Shown one piece after another: positions 56,637 through 64,000 of a DNA stretch of 64,000 nt. Source of the stretch: Deltaproteobacteria bacterium. Its GTDB lineage: Bacteria > Desulfobacterota > Deferrimicrobia > Deferrimicrobiales > Deferrimicrobiaceae. Where the stretch lies: contig JACRIV010000027.1 in assembly GCA_016220005.1 (NCBI GenBank), positions 11,151 to 75,150 of the forward strand, in the 5' to 3' direction. The position numbers and the translations under genes were made by a program. The notes under the pieces were generated by a model. That model was not told the origin of the DNA and did not search any database. It saw nothing but the letters and a program-made list of their open reading frames with translations. Within the stretch, counting starts at the first letter, position 1; the number at the start of each line of letters is the position of its first letter.

Positions 56637-56929
56637 CTCCGCGCTTCCTCAACGATCACGGAGAGAAGCTCGAGGGTGCTGCGGCGGGAGGCCTGGAACC
56701 GGAGCTCCCGAGGATGTCGTCCGGGATTGCCACGGGGATTCGTACCGAAGATACAGTATCGGAGCGGTGGACGGGGGTAAACCGGCACCCGCCGGCGAGG
56801 TCACACGGGTCGCGAATTTTCGGCTTGATTCTCCCCGTTTGATGCTGTATGTATACAGTCGACAATATTCGTAACGGATCGCATTTGGGCGGCTCGCGGT
56901 GAACTGGCCGGATCAAGGAGGGGGTGGAC

Positions 56930-58984
56930 ATGTTTCCCCTGCGCCGGGAAAGGGTTTGCTTCGTCGCACCGGTCGCTTCCGTTTTGTTGTTCTTATTCGC
57001 CGTCCTTTCCGCCGGGACGTCCTTCGCCCTGGATAACGGGCAGTGTTTCGACTGCCACGGCGATTCGGGGATCCTCGCCTGGTCCGCCTCGGAAAAGGCG
57101 AGCAACGTGAAGGCCCGCGGGCCGGCAAAGCCCGCCCGCTTCGTCGGCCCGTTCCCCGGCATCTCCCTCTACGTCGACTCCGGCAAGTACAAGGCCTCGG
57201 TCCACGCGGACCTCTCCTGCACGGACTGCCACGGGGACGTCACGGACCTTCCCCACACCGCCCGGCTCGCCCCCGTGGACTGCTCGGGCTGCCATTCCGC
57301 GGCGGCCGCGGTCTTCAAGAAGAGCAGGCACGTGGTGGTGCACAAGAAGAACAACGTGGGGTACACCCCCCGGTGCTCCGACTGCCACGGGGCGCACGCA
57401 ATCACGAAGTCGTCCGTCTCCACTTCGCCCGTCTACTTCCGGAACATCGCGGCGACCTGCACGCGGTGCCACGCCAGCCGGGAGCTGGCCGAGCGGGGCG
57501 GCATCGCCATTCCCGGCGCGGCGAAGATGTATGAAAAGAGCATCCACAACCGGGCGATCGTCGAGAAGGGGCTGAACAAGTCCGCAAGCTGCGTCGACTG
57601 CCACGGATCGCACGACCTTACGGACCGGCTCGACCCCGCTTCGCCCATCTTCCGGTCGAATATCCCCGAGACCTGCGGAAAATGCCACTACGGTGTGTAC
57701 ACGATCTTCCGGGACAGCGTCCACGGGGCGGCGTTCTACCGGGGCGTCCCCGACGCCCCCGGGTGCACCGACTGTCATGGAGAGCACGACATCCGCCAGG
57801 CGGCGGACCCCGGCTCCAGCGTATCCTTCGCCGCGGTGTCGGAGAAGACCTGCCCCTCCTGCCATGCCGCCGAGAAGCTTTCCAACCGGTACGGCGTCGC
57901 TACGGAGAAGGTGAAGGGCTACCAGGAGAGCTTCCACGGGCTTTCCCAGAAACTCGGGGACACGACGGTGGCCAACTGCTCCTCCTGCCACGGGGGCCAC
58001 GAGATCTTCCGGTCCTCCGATCCCCGTTCGACCGTGCATCCCAAGAACCTCCAGGTCACCTGCGGGAAGTGCCACCCCGGGGCCACGGAGAACTTCGCCA
58101 AGGGGAACATCCACGTCGGCCCGGGCGGGGTCGGGGGGGAGGTCAAGTACTGGGTGGAGAGGATCTACATCTGGATGATCGTCGTGGTCATCGGCGGGAT
58201 GGTCGTCCACAACGGCGCCGATTATTTCCGGAAGCTGCAGGCCATCTACCGGCAGCGGAGGGAGTGGGAGCATCCGGGGTACGAGCGGATGAACGCGCCG
58301 GAACGGCTGCAGCATTACCTCACCCTGACGACTTTCTTCGTCCTCGTGATCACCGGCTTCGCGCTGAAATACAAGTGGTCGATCCCGTTCCTCTCGGACG
58401 CGGCGAACGTGGCCCTGCGGGCGAAGGGGCACCGCGTCGCGGCCGTGCTCATGGTGGCGACGTGCGTCTATCACGTTTTCTACGTGATCTTCACGGCCAG
58501 GGGACGGGACCAGTTCGTCCGGATGATGCCCGTTCTGCAGGACGGCCGGGACGTCGCAGGGATGATCAGGTACTTCGCGGGGCTCGATCACCACAAGCCC
58601 GCGTTCGGCCGGTACAGCTACGTGGAAAAGGCGGAGTACCTGGCCCTGGTGTGGGGCTCGATCGTCATGATCGTCACCGGGTTCATGCTCTGGTTCCAGG
58701 ACGAGACGCTCCGGCACATCCCCATGTGGGGCCTGGACGTGGCGACGATCGTCCATTACTACGAGGCAATCCTGGCCACCCTGGCCATTTTCGTCTGGCA
58801 CCTGTATTACGTGATCCTGAACCCTGACGTCGCCCCGATGTCGCTCACCTGGATCGACGGGAAGATCTCCCGCCACCACATGGAGCACGAGCACGGGCTG
58901 GAGCTCCGGGAAATCGAGGATCAGGAAAAGCAGGTCGGGGCCAGGGCGCCGGGAGGAACAAGGATCGCCACGGAGGAACCATGA
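56930..58984 (+). CDS. Fused multiheme cytochrome c (11 CxxCH) / cytochrome b quinol-interacting protein, CbcL-like
   Basis: Signal peptide, 11 CxxCH, then TM domain with ERLQH, HRVAA, FGRYSYVEKAEY, HYYEA..WHLY. Confidence 0.9.
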   Translation: MFPLRRERVCFVAPVASVLLFLFAVLSAGTSFALDNGQCFDCHGDSGILAWSASEKASNVKARGPAKPARFVGPFPGISLYVDSGKYKASVHADLSCTDCHGDVTDLPHTARLAPVDCSGCHSAAAAVFKKSRHVVVHKKNNVGYTPRCSDCHGAHAITKSSVSTSPVYFRNIAATCTRCHASRELAERGGIAIPGAAKMYEKSIHNRAIVEKGLNKSASCVDCHGSHDLTDRLDPASPIFRSNIPETCGKCHYGVYTIFRDSVHGAAFYRGVPDAPGCTDCHGEHDIRQAADPGSSVSFAAVSEKTCPSCHAAEKLSNRYGVATEKVKGYQESFHGLSQKLGDTTVANCSSCHGGHEIFRSSDPRSTVHPKNLQVTCGKCHPGATENFAKGNIHVGPGGVGGEVKYWVERIYIWMIVVVIGGMVVHNGADYFRKLQAIYRQRREWEHPGYERMNAPERLQHYLTLTTFFVLVITGFALKYKWSIPFLSDAANVALRAKGHRVAAVLMVATCVYHVFYVIFTARGRDQFVRMMPVLQDGRDVAGMIRYFAGLDHHKPAFGRYSYVEKAEYLALVWGSIVMIVTGFMLWFQDETLRHIPMWGLDVATIVHYYEAILATLAIFVWHLYYVILNPDVAPMSLTWIDGKISRHHMEHEHGLELREIEDQEKQVGARAPGGTRIATEEP

Positions 58985-60240
58985 AACGGATGCGGATGCT
59001 CGCGCTCGCCGTATTGGCCGCAGCGGTTCTGCTTGCCGCGGCCCCCGCCGGCCCGGCGCCTACGGCCGCCTTCAAGGAATGCCTGGAGTGCCACGGCGAC
59101 AAGTCGATCGAGAAAGCCCTCCCGGGCGGGGGGACGCTGTCGCTGTACGTCGATGAAAAGGCGTACCGGGGGACGGTGCACGGGAAAGGGGCCTGCACGA
59201 CGTGCCATTCGGACGCGAAAGCCCCCCACGGCAAGCTCGCCAAGGTTTCGTGCGGCACGTGCCACCCGGACGCGGAGAAATCCTACGCCGGAAGCACCCA
59301 CGGGAAAGGCTACGCCAAGGGGAACCGCGACGTCGCGTCGTGCGCGAGCTGCCACGGAAAGCACGAGATCCGCAAGGCCCAGGACCCCGCGTCCCGAACG
59401 TTCCATCTGAACATCGCGGCGGTGTGCCTCGCATGCCACAAGGACCGCGCGATCGAGGACAAGTACGGGCTTCCCGGCCAGAAGGTGATGGAGGCGTACG
59501 AGAAGAGCGTCCACGGCATGGCCCTCAAGAAGTCGGGCCTGATGGGGACGGCGGTGTGCCCCGACTGCCACGGCAACCACGCCATCCTCCCCGGGGACCA
59601 GCCGCGTTCCGCCACCCATCGACAGAACATCCCGACCCTGTGCGGGAAGTGCCACTCCGGCATCCTGGAGCAATACGAGGCGAGCGTCCACGGGAAGGGC
59701 ATGCGCGCGGGGATCGCCGAGTCGCCCGTGTGCACGGACTGCCACGGGGAGCACACGATCACCAAGATCTCGGACCCGGCCTCCCCGGTCTTTGCGAAGA
59801 ACATTCCGAAGACCTGCTCGGCCTGCCACGAGAAGGAGGGGATCTCCTCCCGCTACGCCCTGCCCAAGAAGCGTTTCGCCACCTACATGGAGTCGTTCCA
59901 CGGGATCGCCCTGGAATACGGGATGACCAAGGCGGCCAACTGCGCCTCCTGCCACGGGTTCCACGGCATCCTGCCCTCGTCGGACCCGGCGTCGCCGGTC
60001 AACAAGGCGAACCTCCCCCGGACCTGCGGGAAGTGCCACCCCAACGCGGGGCCGAATTTCGCGAAGGGGGCGGTCCACGTCGAGGTGACGGCCCAGAAGG
60101 CGATGGGGGTGTTCGCTGTGCGGGTCTTCTACACGATCTTCATCTCCGCGCTGGTGATCCTGTTCGTCCTCCACGTTGGGCTGGACCTTATTGGCAGGTG
60201 GCGCCGTCGTGAACGCGCGGAAGAGGCAAGGAAGGAGTGA
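58981..60240 (+). CDS. Multiheme cytochrome c (11 CxxCH) with C-terminal membrane anchor
   Basis: Signal peptide, 11 CxxCH, terminal TM helix containing His. Confidence 0.9.
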   Translation: MKRMRMLALAVLAAAVLLAAAPAGPAPTAAFKECLECHGDKSIEKALPGGGTLSLYVDEKAYRGTVHGKGACTTCHSDAKAPHGKLAKVSCGTCHPDAEKSYAGSTHGKGYAKGNRDVASCASCHGKHEIRKAQDPASRTFHLNIAAVCLACHKDRAIEDKYGLPGQKVMEAYEKSVHGMALKKSGLMGTAVCPDCHGNHAILPGDQPRSATHRQNIPTLCGKCHSGILEQYEASVHGKGMRAGIAESPVCTDCHGEHTITKISDPASPVFAKNIPKTCSACHEKEGISSRYALPKKRFATYMESFHGIALEYGMTKAANCASCHGFHGILPSSDPASPVNKANLPRTCGKCHPNAGPNFAKGAVHVEVTAQKAMGVFAVRVFYTIFISALVILFVLHVGLDLIGRWRRRERAEEARKE

Positions 60241-60245
60241 CGCCG

Positions 60246-60941
60246 ATGAGCGCAGAATCCCCGAAATCCGCCCAGGTCGTCCGCATGTCGTTGATGTACC
60301 GCGTGCAGCACCTGCTGCTCATGGTCACGCTGCTGGTGCTGGCCCTGACCGGCTTCACGCTGATGTACCACGAAAACTGGCTGGGCAGGACCCTGATCCG
60401 GCTGGAGGGCGGAGTCCTCTTCCGCGGATTCATCCACCGGGCCGCCGCCGTCCTCCTGATGGCCCAGCTCGTCTACCACGCCTTCTACATGCTCTTCTCC
60501 CGGGAGGGGAAGCGGGAGATGCGGGATGTCCTCCTCCGAAGGCAGGACTTCGACGACTTCCTCCAGGCGATCCGGTATAACCTGGGGCTCGCCGGGGAAT
60601 ATCCCCGCTTCGGGAAGTACGGTTACAAGGAGAAGTTCCAGTATTGGGGCGCGACGAGCGGCGTCTTCCTCATCTCGGTGACCGGCGTCATCCTCTGGGT
60701 GGAGACCTTCTCGATGAAGTTCCTCCCGAAGTTCGTCCTCGACCTGACGCTGATCATTCACGGATACCAGGGGTTGCTGTTGTTCGTCATTCTCCTTTTC
60801 TGGCACGTCTACAACGAGCACCTGCACCCGTCGGTCTTCCCGATGAACATGGCCTGGCTGACCGGGAAGGTGGAGGTGGAGTGGCTTCGCCAGGAGCATC
60901 CGCTGGAGTACGAAAAACTCAAACAGGAAGGGATCATATGA
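60246..60941 (+). CDS. Cytochrome b (FdnI/HydC-type) membrane subunit
   Basis: RVQH, IHRAAA, FGKYGYKEKFQYW, IHGY..WHVY. Confidence 0.88.
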   Translation: MSAESPKSAQVVRMSLMYRVQHLLLMVTLLVLALTGFTLMYHENWLGRTLIRLEGGVLFRGFIHRAAAVLLMAQLVYHAFYMLFSREGKREMRDVLLRRQDFDDFLQAIRYNLGLAGEYPRFGKYGYKEKFQYWGATSGVFLISVTGVILWVETFSMKFLPKFVLDLTLIIHGYQGLLLFVILLFWHVYNEHLHPSVFPMNMAWLTGKVEVEWLRQEHPLEYEKLKQEGII

Positions 60942-62005
60942 AGGGAAGAGTCATCTGCGCAGTTATCGCCGCCCTGCTCCCGGGGATCGGGTCCCTCGGC
61001 GCTGTGCCGAGCGCGGAGGCAAGGGTCTCCCTGGAAAAGTGCACCCTCTGCCACGGCAAGCCCGAGTTCCGGAAGATCCTCGTGGACGGGAAGATCCGGG
61101 ACCTGTTCGTGACGGCCGACACGCTGAAGGGGTCGGTGCACGAGAAGAAGACGTGCGTGGACTGCCACTTCGACATCAGCGAGATCCCGCACCGCGAACG
61201 GCCTCGCCGCATCGCCTGCACCCACTGCCACTACAAGGGGAACGCCGAGGGGGCGCCCCAGTCGGACGCCTATCTGGCCTATTTCGACTCCGTGCACGGG
61301 AAGGCGATCGCCAAGGGAAACAGCAAGGCCCCGCTGTGCCAGGACTGCCACGGGAACCACAACATCCTCAAGGCGAAGAACCCCGAGGCGGCGGTGGCGC
61401 GCACCAAGGTCGCCGAGACGTGCGGGCGCTGCCACATCGAGATCTACGCCCAGTACAAGACCTCGATCCACGGCGTGGCGCTCGGCAAGGGGATCGTCGA
61501 GGCGCCGTCGTGCACGGGCTGCCACGGGGAGCACAAGATCTACGGCCACGAGGACCCGAAGTCGACGGTGTATGCCACCCACGTGGCCGACCAGTGCTCC
61601 AAGTGCCACGCGTCGGTCTCCGTCATGGGGAAGTTCGGCATCGAGACGGAGCAGGTGGCGACCTACAAGGAATCGTTCCACGGGGTGGCGAGCCAGTTCG
61701 GATCGCGGACCGTGGCCAACTGCGCCTCCTGCCACGGCACGCACGACATCCGCCCCGCGGAGGACCCCCTTTCCTCGGTGAACCCGAAGAACGTCCCGAA
61801 GACCTGCGGGAAGTGCCATCCCGGGGCGAACCCCAATTTCGCCGTCGGGAAGATGCACATCGACGCAAAGAAGAAGGAGGCCGGGATCGTCTACTACGTG
61901 GCGTCCTTCTTCAAGTACCTCACCATCGGCACCATGCTCGCCCTCATCGCGCACATCTTCCTCGACATGTACGGGCGGACCCGGAGACTGCGCGGGGAGA
62001 AGTAG
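60938..62005 (+). CDS. Multiheme cytochrome c (9 CxxCH) with C-terminal membrane anchor
   Basis: Signal peptide from ATG at 60938 (ATGA overlap), 9 CxxCH, terminal TM helix. Confidence 0.9.
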   Translation: MKGRVICAVIAALLPGIGSLGAVPSAEARVSLEKCTLCHGKPEFRKILVDGKIRDLFVTADTLKGSVHEKKTCVDCHFDISEIPHRERPRRIACTHCHYKGNAEGAPQSDAYLAYFDSVHGKAIAKGNSKAPLCQDCHGNHNILKAKNPEAAVARTKVAETCGRCHIEIYAQYKTSIHGVALGKGIVEAPSCTGCHGEHKIYGHEDPKSTVYATHVADQCSKCHASVSVMGKFGIETEQVATYKESFHGVASQFGSRTVANCASCHGTHDIRPAEDPLSSVNPKNVPKTCGKCHPGANPNFAVGKMHIDAKKKEAGIVYYVASFFKYLTIGTMLALIAHIFLDMYGRTRRLRGEK

Positions 62006-62011
62006 CAAACT

Positions 62012-62971
62012 ATGCCAGGGAGTGAACGCATGCGTGTAGACGAAAAAAGGGAACCTTTGCAGGAAATCATCGAGAAGGAGATCGAAGCGGCCTTGGCGGA
62101 GGAGACCGCCCACCTTGACCCCGAGAAGGCGGCCGAGCTCCGCGAGAAGATCCGCCGGCGGGTGCGCGAGGAGATGGAGCGGGAGATCCGCCTCCGGACG
62201 GCGGCCGAGCGCAGGGAGGAGGAGCGGAGGCGCAGGGAGGAGCGGAGGCGGGAGAAACGGCACGAGGAAGGGGAGATGTTCCAGCGGTTCAACCGGAACT
62301 TCCGCTTCCAGCACATCGTGATGTTCACCTCGGTCATCCTCCTGATCATCACGGGGATGCCGATCAAGTTCCCCAACTTCATCCTCTCCCGGTTCGTCGT
62401 AGCCATGTGGGGCGGGATCGGCAACTCCACCATCGTGCACCGGATCGGCGCGGGGATGCTGATCTACTTCATGGTGCACCACCTCTTTTACACCATCCTC
62501 TCCCGTGACGGCCGGAGGGACTTCATGCTGCTCATCCCGATGCCCAAGGACGTGCGGGACGCCGCCCGGAACATCCGCTATTTCCTCGGGAGAACGACGG
62601 AGAAGCCCCGGTTCGGCCGGTTCAGCTACATCGAGAAGTTCGACTACTGGGCGGTCTACTGGGGATGCGTCATCATGATCGGTTCGGGGGCGCTTCTCTG
62701 GGGGGAGTCGATCGCGCTGAAATTCTTCCCGAAGTTCGTTTTGGACATCGCCCACGAGGCGCACAGCGACGAGGCGCTGCTCGCCACGCTGGCGATCGTG
62801 ATCTGGCACTTCTACAACGTCCACTTCAATCCCGACCGGTTTCCGGGGACGCTCATGTGGTGGCACGGGCAGATCTCGGAACACGAGATGAAGGACCATC
62901 ACCCGCTCGAGTACGAGGAGATCATGGCGAAGCGGGCCAAGCAAGAAGCGGCGGAGGTCATCAACCGATGA
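62012..62971 (+). CDS. Cytochrome b membrane subunit with charged N-terminal helix
   Basis: RFQH, VHRIGA, FGRFSYIEKFDYW, AHSDEA..WHFY; E/R-rich N-terminus; start at 62012 or 62030. Confidence 0.88.
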   Translation: MPGSERMRVDEKREPLQEIIEKEIEAALAEETAHLDPEKAAELREKIRRRVREEMEREIRLRTAAERREEERRRREERRREKRHEEGEMFQRFNRNFRFQHIVMFTSVILLIITGMPIKFPNFILSRFVVAMWGGIGNSTIVHRIGAGMLIYFMVHHLFYTILSRDGRRDFMLLIPMPKDVRDAARNIRYFLGRTTEKPRFGRFSYIEKFDYWAVYWGCVIMIGSGALLWGESIALKFFPKFVLDIAHEAHSDEALLATLAIVIWHFYNVHFNPDRFPGTLMWWHGQISEHEMKDHHPLEYEEIMAKRAKQEAAEVINR

Positions 62972-64000
62972 ATTTTCAACAGATGAAAGAGATGTTCCTG
63001 AGCTGGTGGGACCTGGTCCTCCAATACCGGAAGCCGCTGATGGCCGTGGGGGGGATTGTCCTCGGGATCCTTGTCGTCATCAACGGCGCCTTCTTCGTCT
63101 CGGCGTACTTCCCGAAATCCTGCGTGGTCTGCCACTACATGGATCCCTTTTACGCCCAATGGAAGACGTCGAAGCACGCCAGCGTCTCCTGCATCAAGTG
63201 CCACTCCTTCTCGCCCGTCTTCATCACGGTGACGACCCTGAAATACTGGACGGGGCTGTACAACCCCCGGCCGCACGCCAAGGTCAAGGACTCCGACTGC
63301 CTCGCGGCGGGGTGCCACGCGGGGCGGATCGAGAAGGGGAAGGCGAAACTGGGCGCCAACATCATCTTCGACCACCAGGAGCACATGGCGAAACTCAAGC
63401 GCGGCGAGAAGCTGCGCTGCACGACCTGTCATTATTCGATCGTCCAGGGAGAGCACATCGCGGTCGACACGAACGTGTGCTTCCTGTGCCACTTCAAGGG
63501 GATCAGCCAGGGACAGGCGCTGGGCGGCTGCCCGGGGTGCCACGGGACCCCGACCCGGACCGTGGAGCACGGCGGGTTCATGTTCTCCCACGACTCGTAC
63601 CTCAAGATCGGCGTCCAGTGCAAGCAGTGCCACATCCGCGTGGCGGCCGGGGACGGCAAGGTGAACGACTCCCATTGCTACGACTGCCACGTCGGGCGCC
63701 TGGAGAAGAAAAGCGACCCCCTGGCCCTTCACCGGGTGCACGTGACTTACAACGCGATCCAGTGCTTCCGGTGCCACGAGCCGATCCGGCACGGGGAGGT
63801 GGAGCTGGTCAAGACATTCGAGGTCCAGTGCGACGCCTGCCACAAGCGGCTCCACACCTACCAGAAGGAGATGTACATGGGCACGGGGGCGCGCGGCGTG
63901 CCGGACACCCCCTCCCGGATGTTCTCCGCCCAGGTGGCCTGCACGGGCTGCCACACCCGGTCCGTGGAGATGCGCGAGTCGGGGGTCGCTTACCCCGGCG
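62968..64000 (+). CDS. Membrane-anchored multiheme cytochrome c (NapC/NirT-like N-terminus), truncated by the window edge
   Basis: Manual translation from ATG at 62968: TM helix, CVVCHYMDPFYAQWKTSKH; 10 CxxCH plus one CxxxxCH in the visible part. Confidence 0.88.
   Translation, partial: MNFQQMKEMFLSWWDLVLQYRKPLMAVGGIVLGILVVINGAFFVSAYFPKSCVVCHYMDPFYAQWKTSKHASVSCIKCHSFSPVFITVTTLKYWTGLYNPRPHAKVKDSDCLAAGCHAGRIEKGKAKLGANIIFDHQEHMAKLKRGEKLRCTTCHYSIVQGEHIAVDTNVCFLCHFKGISQGQALGGCPGCHGTPTRTVEHGGFMFSHDSYLKIGVQCKQCHIRVAAGDGKVNDSHCYDCHVGRLEKKSDPLALHRVHVTYNAIQCFRCHEPIRHGEVELVKTFEVQCDACHKRLHTYQKEMYMGTGARGVPDTPSRMFSAQVACTGCHTRSVEMRESGVAYPG

Overview
High-GC bacterial chromosome segment. Gene content (Geobacter-like porin-cytochrome genes, TatD-radical SAM fusion, EF-G paralog, class II RNR) suggests a deltaproteobacterial/Desulfobacterota-type anaerobe, possibly Deferrimicrobiaceae-like (inference only). 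Housekeeping genes include lemA/htpX, hpt, murJ, mrp, aconitase, a UvrD/PcrA helicase, csp, nfi, gap-tpiA-secG, tmk-holB-ricT-metG-tatD and nrdJ. There are two extracellular/respiratory electron-transfer loci. The first (14.5-26.4 kb) is a porin-cytochrome operon next to a sigma54-controlled mtrAB-like pair with its own sensory system. The second (56.9-64 kb) is an array of multiheme cytochrome c / cytochrome b modules. nrdJ carries an HNH-type intein ending in Gln. The most unusual non-coding signal is a pair of dispersed palindromic elements (about 9.3 kb and 30.8 kb) with conserved arms around unrelated cores of exactly 102 nt each. Several other MITE/REP-like repeats are present. No rRNA, tRNA, CRISPR array or transposase was recognised. 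All calls come from manual reading, with no database searches.
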